A stretch of 64,000 nucleotides of DNA from a virus, in the IMG/VR virus record IMGVR_UViG_3300041956_000313, positions 28,727 to 92,726 of that record. The stretch is one strand, 5' to 3'. Of the stretch, positions 9,336 to 18,552 are shown in pieces. The first letter of the stretch is position 1, and every line of letters starts with the position of its first letter. Under the pieces are notes generated by a model. That model ran no database searches. It saw nothing but the letters and a program-made list of their open reading frames with translations, and was not told the DNA's origin. The position numbers and the translations under genes are program-made.

Positions 9336-10613
9336 ATGTCCTCCCGCGACTCAACCCCCGTGCTCGCTAAGAAAGCTTGTCCGTTCTGTTCGTTAGGAAC
9401 GTCAGCGCTCATCATTCAGAGCTCGAAAGAAATGCTGCCTGTGCCAGATGCTTGCGTTGTTGAGATGTGGGCAGTTATTTGCAGTGTGCACAAGGGAGGA
9501 TGCGGCGCTTCAGGTGGGTACTATCTCAGTCCGAATGAAGCTGTGACGAAGTGGAACACACGTGTCGTCAAGTCGTGCGTGATGGTAGAGGCAGAGGCTG
9601 CTGCAATGGATGCGGCTGATGTGCAGCTCACGTCGCATGAGGCGGAGGTGACCCATGTCATAGTTGAGGGCAAGTTGTTTGTCCCTGCGCCGTTTCACGA
9701 TGTGCCCACGCCTATGCTTTTGCAGTGTCCGGAGTGCAAGCAGCAACACATTGACGTGCCTGACGACTCGTGCAAGAACTGCGGCAATACATATCGAACG
9801 GCGTCACATCATGTGACAGTAGAGAATAGCGGTGCGTGTTGCGCTCATCCGGAGAAATGGGACAATCCGCCGCACAAGACACACCGCTGCAAGTTCTGCG
9901 GTCACAAGTGGCGGCCATTTCCGTTTCCGTCTTTCGGCGTCACCGAGGAAGAAATCCGGAAGTTCTGGTCGCAGCTCAGTGACAAGGACTGGGACGAAGC
10001 TCTGTCGATGGCAAACGAGATGGTCAACTCGCCGGAGGCAAAGACCGCGGCGATAGTCGAGCTCGTGCAGTCGTCGGGTTTCAAGAAGATCGGCTTGCAG
10101 ATGAATCTGTGGGCACGCTTCTTGCGCGAGCCCGCTGATCAAGTCGATCACATACGCCTTGCCTTCATCGACACGAACGGCGCGCAATTCGGTGACAGCA
10201 TTCCGTGGGACCAGTTCCTCAGCAGTGTCATGCAGCTCTGCGGAGTCGAGGCAGCACGAGCAGATTTGCTGATTACTGCTTTCAAGAATGATTACCCGAT
10301 CACGATCGAGATGGACCCAGGCGACAAGTACAAACTCGAAGCCGTGCCCCTCGCGGACATCGATGCAGAAGCACGCGACCCTGTGCACGAGGAGAATGGC
10401 AAATGGTATTTTTGGGAAGAGACGTGGGCAGACAGGCAGGGACCGTTCGATACTGAGCTTCAAGCGCGCAACGCGTGTGAGCAGTATGCGCAAGCACTCG
10501 TGGGAGATGCGACACGAGGATGGCTAGAGACTTTGCAGAAGATCACGCGTGATGGATCACGCAGTGCTGGGCAGATAGTTCCGATACGCAAGCCCTCTAC
10601 ACCGCAAGATTGA
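9336..10613 (+). CDS. Multi-domain protein with N-terminal Lar-like zinc ribbon
   Basis: CPFC...C....GCGA..G......EAVTKWNTR resembles Lar restriction alleviation proteins; further CxxC clusters; AGGAG SD. Confidence 0.55.
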   Translation: MSSRDSTPVLAKKACPFCSLGTSALIIQSSKEMLPVPDACVVEMWAVICSVHKGGCGASGGYYLSPNEAVTKWNTRVVKSCVMVEAEAAAMDAADVQLTSHEAEVTHVIVEGKLFVPAPFHDVPTPMLLQCPECKQQHIDVPDDSCKNCGNTYRTASHHVTVENSGACCAHPEKWDNPPHKTHRCKFCGHKWRPFPFPSFGVTEEEIRKFWSQLSDKDWDEALSMANEMVNSPEAKTAAIVELVQSSGFKKIGLQMNLWARFLREPADQVDHIRLAFIDTNGAQFGDSIPWDQFLSSVMQLCGVEAARADLLITAFKNDYPITIEMDPGDKYKLEAVPLADIDAEARDPVHEENGKWYFWEETWADRQGPFDTELQARNACEQYAQALVGDATRGWLETLQKITRDGSRSAGQIVPIRKPSTPQD

Positions 10614-10657
10614 TCGTGATACGGCCGAGGGTAACGTATGCACCTCGGCCGTTCTCT

Positions 10658-10678
10658 GTGTCACACGGACGGTGACAC
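10658..10678 (+). promoter_or_regulatory. Putative CsrA-binding hairpin
   Basis: GTGTCAC-ACGGACG-GTGACAC, ANGGA in the loop, intergenic. Confidence 0.45.
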
Positions 10679-10803
10679 CACCCACACTGAGATAGCCGAT
10701 TACCAGCGCTCATATTCGCTGGCATGCGCGCTCTGTGTTCTGCTTGCCCGTAGAACAGTCAATAGAACAGTGATATCAAGCACATGCGTCCCGCGCGCCG
10801 TGG

Positions 10804-10832
10804 TAGGTGCACAACATGTGCACGTGTATAAT
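10804..10832 (+). promoter_or_regulatory. Putative promoter with palindromic operator-like site
   Basis: TATAAT at 10827-10832 preceded by inverted repeat GTGCACA-ACA-TGTGCAC; -35 is weak. Confidence 0.5.
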
Positions 10833-10896
10833 TCTGGTTGCGAACGTCTGCATGTCGCGGACGTTTCTACGGGCAAACGAAAGAGGGCAAATAGCA

Positions 10897-11229
10897 ATGG
10901 CTAACAAACGAGCAAAGCGTCTCGCACGATTGACGCCGGCACAGAAGGAGGCACTCGCGAAGGGCAGGCCGCTCCGCCACGTGAAGCGTCCGGTAGACAT
11001 CACGACGGTCGGCAAGCAGGTGGGCACTACTTGCCTGCTCCACGGCACGATGATGGGTGTGAAGCAGTGCCCCGTGTGCAAGTTGCAGAAAGCAGCACCT
11101 GAAATGTTTGCTGCACTCGTGGCTGTGCGTGATTGGGCGCAGTACGGTACGCACGGCAAGATGCTGCCTGCTGGACTGCGAGACGAAGTTCTTGCGGCGA
11201 TCAAATCTGCGGAGGCCGAGAAACTATGA
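10897..11229 (+). CDS. Hypothetical protein
   Basis: GAGGG SD, ATG 10897. Confidence 0.6.
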   Translation: MANKRAKRLARLTPAQKEALAKGRPLRHVKRPVDITTVGKQVGTTCLLHGTMMGVKQCPVCKLQKAAPEMFAALVAVRDWAQYGTHGKMLPAGLRDEVLAAIKSAEAEKL

Positions 11230-11867
11230 AAACTGAAGACGTGTTGACGATTCTGGCCGCGTTGGGCCATGCGGAGGAGCACATACTCAACTGGCGTGAG
11301 CAGCTTCCCAAAGCAACGGTTGTCGGCAACGACTGGCCTCGCTTGGAGAGAGACTTCAACGCTGCAACGAAACTTCTGCGCGCCGAGATGATTGCCAATC
11401 AACGTCGGGAGGGCAGTCGAAGCATTCGAACTCTCTACAAGAAGATAGACAGGAAGACGGAAAAGAAATTTCTCAAACTGCCCTTTGATCCGAATCCTTA
11501 TCGTAGCGCGCAAGCGGCTGACGCTATTTACGTGAAGCTGTGCAAGAAGTACGGCGTCAAGCCGTGGAAGAAGGGCGAGCCCATGCCGATGCCGGATGAT
11601 GAGAATGAGATTCCTCTCGGCAATCTCACCGACGTCTTGCTGGGCAGGGACTGCCGGTACGCTTCGGCAATACTGGGAGAGAAGCGCACGGCTCGCGCTG
11701 TGAAGCGTGCTGTGTCTGCCGCGAAGCGTCCCAAGAAGAAATCCGCTGCCGCACTCGTACGCGAGAAGAAGATGCAGATGCGACGCGACGACAATGCTTT
11801 GTCGGATGCGGAGTTTCTGAAGAAGTACGGCCATGAACGCGCCACGCCCGGTCGCACGAGGTACTGA
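11226..11867 (+). CDS. Hypothetical basic protein
   Basis: ATGA overlap with upstream gene. Confidence 0.6.
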   Translation: MKTEDVLTILAALGHAEEHILNWREQLPKATVVGNDWPRLERDFNAATKLLRAEMIANQRREGSRSIRTLYKKIDRKTEKKFLKLPFDPNPYRSAQAADAIYVKLCKKYGVKPWKKGEPMPMPDDENEIPLGNLTDVLLGRDCRYASAILGEKRTARAVKRAVSAAKRPKKKSAAALVREKKMQMRRDDNALSDAEFLKKYGHERATPGRTRY

Positions 11868-11868
11868 C

Positions 11869-12945
11869 ATGAACGAACAAGGTGAGGGCATCGTCGACGA
11901 GCTCATCCGGTACTTGGATACGAACAAGCGCATTTATGTACTGTTCGGTCCCAATGGGAATTCATCCTTCAGAGAGATGACAGTCGAGCCGCGCGTGGTG
12001 CCACAGCTCATTGCGTCGGTGAAGTTCCGGCTGCCGACGAACGGGCGTTTTTATCGAGGCGACGAGTTCTACGCGCCGAATGATCGAAACAAGTTTCGCA
12101 TGGATGCAACGGCCACTGAGCTAGACATGCTGCATTACCCTCCTTACACACGGTTCGTGCTTGAGTACGACGTGCGGGGTGATTACTACCCGCATTGGGA
12201 GACTGAGGGTGCAACACCGGAAAAAGTCGTCATCATGTGTGAGCATCTCAAGTCACCCGATGCCGAAGTCAACAAGACTCTTTCAGGCATCGGCTTCAAG
12301 ACATTCGAGTACCGTTCGGCTGATGTGTATGTCGATGAGCGAGTCATTCCGAAGGGCTGGGCGACGAACGGCGTTGCTGCAATCACTGACGACTACGACA
12401 ATCGTGTGACTTCCCCGCACGACAAGAACGTTTATGCGCTTCCGCTCGGCTTCACGAGTCCGAACAAATGGGAACCGCGTGAGGCTGAGCTGAATGCACT
12501 CAGCACGATGTGGATGGAAATCGGAGCACTCTTGCAGTTCTGTGTGGCCGTGCATGCAAAGAAAGGCGTCACGCGCTCCGAGGTGAAGTCGAAGCCGCGG
12601 CGTGCGATGACGATCAAGGGCCGCCGTCTCGGCTACACGTATCACGTGCTCGACATCGATCACGAATACGTCGAGCCAGCTCCGCTCGAAGGCGAGTACA
12701 TTCCGAAGGGTCATCACGCGTCACCGCGCTTCCACATGCGCCGTGCGCACCTGCGCAGGCTGCCGGATCACACGCTCGAAAATCCGCATGTGACGTTTGT
12801 CCGGCAGTGTGCGGTGGGTAACTTGACGCGTGGTGTCGTGGAGAAAGACTATCGTGTCAAAGAGTTTGAGCCTCCGCAGATGTGCACGGTTGAAGAGATT
12901 CAGGAGATTCATCGAATTGGGCACGAGAAGTTCAAGGAGAAGTGA
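11869..12945 (+). CDS. Hypothetical phage protein
   Basis: Long ORF; C-terminal HASPRFHMRRAHLR motif. Confidence 0.7.
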   Translation: MNEQGEGIVDELIRYLDTNKRIYVLFGPNGNSSFREMTVEPRVVPQLIASVKFRLPTNGRFYRGDEFYAPNDRNKFRMDATATELDMLHYPPYTRFVLEYDVRGDYYPHWETEGATPEKVVIMCEHLKSPDAEVNKTLSGIGFKTFEYRSADVYVDERVIPKGWATNGVAAITDDYDNRVTSPHDKNVYALPLGFTSPNKWEPREAELNALSTMWMEIGALLQFCVAVHAKKGVTRSEVKSKPRRAMTIKGRRLGYTYHVLDIDHEYVEPAPLEGEYIPKGHHASPRFHMRRAHLRRLPDHTLENPHVTFVRQCAVGNLTRGVVEKDYRVKEFEPPQMCTVEEIQEIHRIGHEKFKEK

Positions 12946-13400
12946 TGTCAAGGTCAGCAGGAGTCGGGCAGCCGATTCGGTTTCTTTGTACGAAGTGCCG
13001 CAGTCACAGAGCCTGGACGCTACGTCACGGCGGCAGGACGGGAGTCAGAGGCAGCCGCTGGCACATCACCGGCTGGCGCAGAGAGTCACGAGCTCCGCGC
13101 GGCAATGCAGGCGGTCGCAGTGATCCGAGTTACGTATATCAATATCGGTGTGCAACTTGCGGACATGTCGGCTGGTCGCGGCACATAGAAGTCTCACGGG
13201 CATGGCATCACTGGCATGTGAACGTCGCGCACTCAGGCCGTGCCGGTGAGGCGCAGCAGTGCATTATGGAGGGACTATGGGTTCTTCACGTAGCAATGAG
13301 TGGTGGGAAGAGCGAAACGAGCGGCAGGCAGCGCTCATTGAAGAGCTGTCAGCAAAGCAGCTTTACGAACAGACATCGAGCGCGAAAGACGGCAAGGTAA
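12942..13400 (+). CDS. Hypothetical zinc-binding protein
   Basis: CTKC and CATCGH motifs; coupled start. Confidence 0.4.
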   Translation: MMSRSAGVGQPIRFLCTKCRSHRAWTLRHGGRTGVRGSRWHITGWRRESRAPRGNAGGRSDPSYVYQYRCATCGHVGWSRHIEVSRAWHHWHVNVAHSGRAGEAQQCIMEGLWVLHVAMSGGKSETSGRQRSLKSCQQSSFTNRHRARKTAR

Positions 13401-13516
13401 TAGCGATACGCAAAGCGTTCGAGCAGCATCGAGGTTTGTCAGATAAGCAACGTGCAGTGCTCGCCGGATGGCTTGCCGAACGGGAGATGGAAGATGCGGA
13501 GGACGAAGAGAGCTGA
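13277..13516 (+). CDS. Hypothetical protein
   Basis: GGAGGG SD before ATG 13277. Confidence 0.5.
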   Translation: MGSSRSNEWWEERNERQAALIEELSAKQLYEQTSSAKDGKVIAIRKAFEQHRGLSDKQRAVLAGWLAEREMEDAEDEES

Positions 13517-13690
13517 TCATTTGGGACGGAACAAAGTGCTGTGGGTTTCGGCGCCCAAGCTACGTCCGCATATTCGTTTTTCGCATGGCAGGTGGCGAGT
13601 CTATAACTGGAACTGGCCGGTCATGGATTCACTCGGCTACGTGAAGAAGGCACAAGAATTCTGTGAACGATTGAACGAGGAGAAGGTAGA

Positions 13691-14119
13691 ATGATGAAGC
13701 GTGAAGAGTTCAAAGGTCTCGAAGTGTTTGACGCACCCTTTGCGGTCGGCAGTGAGAACCTGATTCACATCACAGTACCGGAGTTCACATGCTTGTGCCC
13801 GAAGACTGGGCAACCGGACTTCGGCAAGATCGAACTGCATTACCTGCCCCGCCGGCATTGTGTCGAGCTGAAATCACTGAAGCTCTACATGTGGACGTTC
13901 CGTGATAAAGGCGCGTTTCACGAAGCGGTGACGAACGAAATAGCCGACACGATCGGCGTTGCCATCAGCCCTCTGTGGATGCAGCTAACCGCGCGCTTCT
14001 TCGTGCGCGGTGGTATCTACACGACTGTCACGGCGGTGCGCGGCGACTCCGAGTTCAGGGAGAGGCATTTCAAGATACTGCCAGACACGTCTCGCGACGG
14101 CTCGGAAAACTACGTATGA
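13691..14119 (+). CDS. queF: NADPH-dependent preQ0 reductase QueF (type I)
   Basis: [15 protein letters not shown], QueF motif [15 protein letters not shown]. Confidence 0.95.
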   Translation: MMKREEFKGLEVFDAPFAVGSENLIHITVPEFTCLCPKTGQPDFGKIELHYLPRRHCVELKSLKLYMWTFRDKGAFHEAVTNEIADTIGVAISPLWMQLTARFFVRGGIYTTVTAVRGDSEFRERHFKILPDTSRDGSENYV

Positions 14120-14700
14120 AGATCGCCGCCGCTGAACTTCGCATGCAGTACGTGCTGCCCAGCAAACTGCTTGCGAAGTATGCACTGATGAGGCTGGTGG
14201 AGGTGGTGGTGATGCCGGCCGCGTATGGCCTGCCCTGGTGGCAGGCCGAGCAGCACATCATCCTCACATTCATTCCGAGTGAAGCGAAGCCTCTGCCTGC
14301 AGATTCACAGTACGATCAGCGCGAGGACCTGGGCAAGACGTGTAGCTCGTGTGGGCAGTGCTGCACGCGTCTGCCTGATCATCAGATTGCCATTTACATG
14401 ACGCGCATGGAACGTGCACGGGCAGAGATGGCAGGCTTTCCGATTTGGGAAGGAGTCTCCGGAGTCATCCGGATTGATGATTGCAAGTTTGACGTGCTGC
14501 GTACGAAGGAGAACGGAGACTGCCATTTCCTCGGTTCGCAGGGATGCACACTCGGGGACCACAAACCACTTTGGTGCAAACTGTACTACTGCGAGAAGCA
14601 CTATGGTGGGCACTATCCATTCGAGACCGTTGTACCACCTCCGGTGCTCCCTTCTGCGAAGCGATCGGAACCGCAGACGGACGAGACTGGGTCCAGTTGA
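14116..14700 (+). CDS. YkgJ/CxxCxxCC family metal-cluster protein
   Basis: CSSCGQCC...CHFL...CTL...KPLWCKLY; ATGA-coupled to queF. Confidence 0.75.
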   Translation: MKIAAAELRMQYVLPSKLLAKYALMRLVEVVVMPAAYGLPWWQAEQHIILTFIPSEAKPLPADSQYDQREDLGKTCSSCGQCCTRLPDHQIAIYMTRMERARAEMAGFPIWEGVSGVIRIDDCKFDVLRTKENGDCHFLGSQGCTLGDHKPLWCKLYYCEKHYGGHYPFETVVPPPVLPSAKRSEPQTDETGSS

Positions 14701-14734
14701 ACGCGCGGCACTGAGCGCGTTATAAGAGGTCTCT

Positions 14735-14941
14735 ATGCCCGAACCGAAAAACCAGAAACAAGAGCTACTGGACGCGTTCAATTCTCTTGTGAGTGCAGCG
14801 CCTATCGAGTTCTATGCTGATGCAGAGTTTGACGCATGGAACGTAAACATCGCGAGAGTTCGTCAACTGATTGAAGCCTTGCCTGATCCCAATTGCGACT
14901 GCGGTGCGAAGTCTGGTGAACCGCATCAGGTTACGATATGA
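14735..14941 (+). CDS. Hypothetical protein
   Basis: GAGG SD. Confidence 0.5.
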   Translation: MPEPKNQKQELLDAFNSLVSAAPIEFYADAEFDAWNVNIARVRQLIEALPDPNCDCGAKSGEPHQVTI

Positions 14942-15135
14942 ACAGCCCCGTCATAACAGTTGAGAAGATCACGGGCGACACGGTAGTCCTTCGTGTTGAT
15001 CCGTGGTTTGTTCCGGCCACTCGGGAATTGAAAGTGGGTGACAGTCTCAGACTCGACATGCTAGACGCTCCGACCCAAAGGAATGTTTCTCTCGCGCGCA
15101 CGCGTGAAGAGTACAAGCCTGACGCAGCTTGGTGA
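14938..15135 (+). CDS. Hypothetical protein
   Basis: ATGA overlap. Confidence 0.5.
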   Translation: MNSPVITVEKITGDTVVLRVDPWFVPATRELKVGDSLRLDMLDAPTQRNVSLARTREEYKPDAAW

Positions 15136-15217
15136 TTGACATTTGCGGCGTGCCTGTGACTGCAGCGCGCCGCATGTCCCTGCACTGAACATCTCTGTTC
15201 AGTCGCTTAACTTCCAC

Positions 15218-15245
15218 TTGTCATTTCTGATCAGCGCGCTATAAG
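15218..15245 (+). promoter_or_regulatory. Putative sigma70 promoter
   Basis: TTGTCA-16 nt-TATAAG in an intergenic gap. Confidence 0.5.
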
Positions 15246-15294
15246 CGCCCTCGATGTTGGCTTGGGGTTTGCCGACGTTTGGGGGTTGAAATTA

Positions 15295-15873
15295 ATGGCA
15301 GCACTGAATGGAGCCGCGACTACGCTCGCGATGCTCCGGTTTATCGCGAATCATTCCGGGCAGTACACGCGTGACGAGATAGTCAAACACTATCAGCCGC
15401 AGATACGCCGCAAGAAAGCGCAGCACACGGTCATGAATCTGCTGACCACGCAGCTCGTTGCGCGTGGTGCAGCCGACCGTCTCATGCCCACGGCAAAAGG
15501 ACGGCTGCAGCTTCAACCAAAGAAACGTGATGCACTCACGTCGTTCTCAGTCAAATCAGTAGAGCGCAGAGACAACTGGCTAGCCGGTGATCTTGAGGGC
15601 AGCGTCTTTACACAGCCAGTGACGACACGTGTGCCGACGTTGCGCGAGCGGCCGCGCAAAGCGCCCATTGATCCGCTGCGCACGGCTCGAAGACTCTACT
15701 TCGAAGCTGACTTGGTCTATGCGCCGCGGCTCAAAGAATACCTCTGCAAAGTTCGCACGCGTTCGTCCGAGTTCGCACACGGTGAGCGCGTGCTGATGTT
15801 TGATTTGCAGCATGCAAAGAATCTTCATGCGTGGCTGGGCCGCGCAATACCTGTCATGGAGTCACGCAAATGA
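15295..15873 (+). CDS. Putative winged-helix DNA-binding protein
   Basis: N-terminal helical pattern ending L...LV.R....L.PTAKG. Confidence 0.5.
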   Translation: MAALNGAATTLAMLRFIANHSGQYTRDEIVKHYQPQIRRKKAQHTVMNLLTTQLVARGAADRLMPTAKGRLQLQPKKRDALTSFSVKSVERRDNWLAGDLEGSVFTQPVTTRVPTLRERPRKAPIDPLRTARRLYFEADLVYAPRLKEYLCKVRTRSSEFAHGERVLMFDLQHAKNLHAWLGRAIPVMESRK

Positions 15874-16127
15874 CCGATCAACTACCTGTGCCTTCAACGG
15901 TTGAAGTGCCTGCAAGCGAGCTGGCAAAGTCACTCGCACAGCTATCTGTGTCAGTGCTGCAGAAAGGTCGTTGTCAGATGTGCTGGCAGCGTGAAGGGAC
16001 TCCGCCTGATTGCACGCCCGGTCGGAGGTTCGTCGTCAACTTTGGTGTGCACGGTGGGCTGATTCTCTGTGAGGAAGCACTCACGAAGCTCGTGCAGTTA
16101 TCGGACAAGCATCTGGAGGGTCAATGA
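15870..16127 (+). CDS. Hypothetical protein
   Basis: ATGA overlap, CxxC. Confidence 0.5.
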   Translation: MTDQLPVPSTVEVPASELAKSLAQLSVSVLQKGRCQMCWQREGTPPDCTPGRRFVVNFGVHGGLILCEEALTKLVQLSDKHLEGQ

Positions 16128-16783
16128 AAAGGCCGCTGACTGCAGTTGAAACGGGTTCGGGGCTGTCGCTTGATCTGGCCCAGCCCTCTGTGTCGCAAAT
16201 CTCCGTCATCGACATCGTCCACTCACTCGCGATGACACCACGCTTGCTGGGCGCGGTAAACAACCGTTACTCGATCGCGCAGCACGTACTGCACATGTTC
16301 GACCTGTTGACTGCGCGTGGCGTGTCGGCGGATCGATTGTGCTTGCGATACTTCGTCACCCAAAGCCACGTGCCTTACATCGGTGACATACCAAGTCAGG
16401 TACTCAAGCTGCATGCGATGACGTCAGTGCTTGCAGACCTGATAAGAAAACTTCACTACGCAGTACGCAAGCACATTGAGGAGCGTTACAGCGTGCCCAC
16501 GCACATGTTCGCGCGCCCGAATGAGGACGAATCACGGGCAGTTGCATCGATGTCTCGTGTGCTGCGTGCTTACGAATCGTTTCACTTGCTTCAGGGAGGT
16601 GGGTGGAGCATGCAGCTGGAGCCGCAAGAGCTCGTCACCGTGGCAGGAGTGCTGTGGGAAAAGTCAAAGTACCGACTCGACTTTGATCGTCCACCACAGT
16701 GGATGGATGAGCGCACAGCACATGCAAAGCTCTTGAATCGTGTCAACGAGCTGATAACCACACCCAAGAGTGCCGCGGCATGA
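16124..16783 (+). CDS. YfbR/YfdR-like HD-domain nucleotidase homolog lacking the HD dyad
   Basis: DIVHSLA..PR..G....YSIAQH and YIGDIPS retained; the LHD..EAY segment reads FVTQSHVPY. Confidence 0.65.
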   Translation: MKRPLTAVETGSGLSLDLAQPSVSQISVIDIVHSLAMTPRLLGAVNNRYSIAQHVLHMFDLLTARGVSADRLCLRYFVTQSHVPYIGDIPSQVLKLHAMTSVLADLIRKLHYAVRKHIEERYSVPTHMFARPNEDESRAVASMSRVLRAYESFHLLQGGGWSMQLEPQELVTVAGVLWEKSKYRLDFDRPPQWMDERTAHAKLLNRVNELITTPKSAAA

Positions 16784-17151
16784 AGAACAGAAAGAAGCTG
16801 CTAATCGTGCTGACGAAGCGCATCCTGTTTATTTTTGGGCTGCAGGTCTTGGGCGTTGTCAGTGCTGTCGGACTCTGGATCTTTGTCATGCTCATGTGGT
16901 TTGCAGGGTTCTTCGTGCTGCCGGTGGCGTTGATGCGCTCGACGTCAGACAAGGGCGAGATAGTACTGCCGACGTGGGCAAGGCATTGGGACGACACTGC
17001 GGACCTCGAGATCAGAGGCCGACCCGCGGCGCAGTTTGTGTGGCAGTACGACTTGGGGTGGCACATGGCGACGTTCTTGTGGCTGCAGTTCTACAATCCA
17101 CTCGCTAACATGCGAGTTATGTATCGCCGCAAGGTCGGACTGCCGCAATGA
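16780..17151 (+). CDS. Hypothetical membrane protein
   Basis: Long hydrophobic N-terminal half; ATGA overlaps at both ends. Confidence 0.6.
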   Translation: MKNRKKLLIVLTKRILFIFGLQVLGVVSAVGLWIFVMLMWFAGFFVLPVALMRSTSDKGEIVLPTWARHWDDTADLEIRGRPAAQFVWQYDLGWHMATFLWLQFYNPLANMRVMYRRKVGLPQ

Positions 17152-18542
17152 GCGCGATAGTCATGCCTTTACGACGCCGGCCGCGTGTGCCGGTGCCGAT
17201 GCTGGATCACAAGCAAGAGTTCTGGCGCAAAGAAGATCCGATACTCAATGACAAGGGCGAGGTCATCAAGGGTGGGTTTTGGGAGCCGCAACGCAACTGG
17301 TGGAGTCTGCCGAACTTCATAAAGTCGTTCGTCGCAGGCTATGGCAGCGGCAAGACGTTCATAGGTGCAAAGCGTGACATCGCCCAGTGTTTGCTGAATG
17401 CGCCTGCGCCACAGTTAGTCGTCAGCCCGTCCTACAAGATCGCAAAGCGCACAATCATTCCCGTGATTCGTGCTTTGTGTCAGGGCAAAGCGGTGCGTGA
17501 CCCGACGTTCACGTGGAGTGAGCATCGCACTGACTTTGAATTCACTATCAAGCACGGTCCGCGAATCGGCACGATCTGGATTGCATCCGGAGACGAGCCG
17601 GACAGCTTGAAGGGTCCGACAGTCGGCAGCGCTCACATCGACGAGCCCTTTGTGCAGGAGAAAGAAGTACTCGACCAGTGCATAGCACGTGTGCGCGATC
17701 CGCGCGCAAAGCGCAAAGAGATTACTCTGACGGGCACGCCTGAGCAGCTCAACTGGGGGTATGACATCTGCGCAGGAGACGAGAAGGAGGACTATGACGT
17801 CGGTGTCGTGCACGCATCGACTCACTCGAACCGTGCTCTGGCTGATGATTACGCGAAGCGCATGGAGAGTGCTTACACGGATCGTGCCACGCAGGCGTTC
17901 GTTGACGGACTGTTCGTCAATCTGTCCAAGGGCGTGGTGTACTACGGCTTTACAAATCTTAACGTAGTTCAGATTCCTGACCCGGGCGGTGAGCTCTGTG
18001 TGGGCATGGACTTCAACGTCAACCCGATGGCGTGTTGTGTGTTTTGGGTTTACGGCAATCACATGCATGTCATTGCAGAGCACGAGTTCGACAACGCTGA
18101 TACACCGTATGTCTGCCAAGTTCTGCACGAGAAGTACAGGTTTCTAGCCGGTCCGCGTCAGGGCGAGTGTCGCATAAAGAATGTGTACCCCGATCCGGCT
18201 GGCAATCAGCGGCACACGAGCTCGCCCGGTGGAAAGACGGACTTCCACTACATTCAGGAAGCAGGCTTCATCGTGCAAGCACGACGTTCGCACCCTGCCG
18301 TGCGCGATCGTGAGAACGCAGTAAATGGCAAGCTCGGACCGATGATGGGAGAGCCCACACTGACGTTCGAGCCTTCGTGCAAACGTCTCGTCAAATACTG
18401 TCGAATCTACACGCACGAGAACAAAAACAAACCGCATGCAAAGGCAATGAGTCACCTGCTTGATAGTCTCGGGTACCCTGTTGAATACTTGTTTCCAGTT
18501 GTTCGGCCGATTGTTGAAGTCCGAAACTTTCAAGGCGCGTGA
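17148..18542 (+). CDS. terL: Terminase large subunit
   Basis: Walker A AGYGSGKT, Walker B AHIDEP, motif III LTGTP, nuclease GMDFN, C-terminal HLLDSLGY. Confidence 0.93.
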   Translation: MSAIVMPLRRRPRVPVPMLDHKQEFWRKEDPILNDKGEVIKGGFWEPQRNWWSLPNFIKSFVAGYGSGKTFIGAKRDIAQCLLNAPAPQLVVSPSYKIAKRTIIPVIRALCQGKAVRDPTFTWSEHRTDFEFTIKHGPRIGTIWIASGDEPDSLKGPTVGSAHIDEPFVQEKEVLDQCIARVRDPRAKRKEITLTGTPEQLNWGYDICAGDEKEDYDVGVVHASTHSNRALADDYAKRMESAYTDRATQAFVDGLFVNLSKGVVYYGFTNLNVVQIPDPGGELCVGMDFNVNPMACCVFWVYGNHMHVIAEHEFDNADTPYVCQVLHEKYRFLAGPRQGECRIKNVYPDPAGNQRHTSSPGGKTDFHYIQEAGFIVQARRSHPAVRDRENAVNGKLGPMMGEPTLTFEPSCKRLVKYCRIYTHENKNKPHAKAMSHLLDSLGYPVEYLFPVVRPIVEVRNFQGA

Positions 18543-18552
18543 GGGGAAAAGC

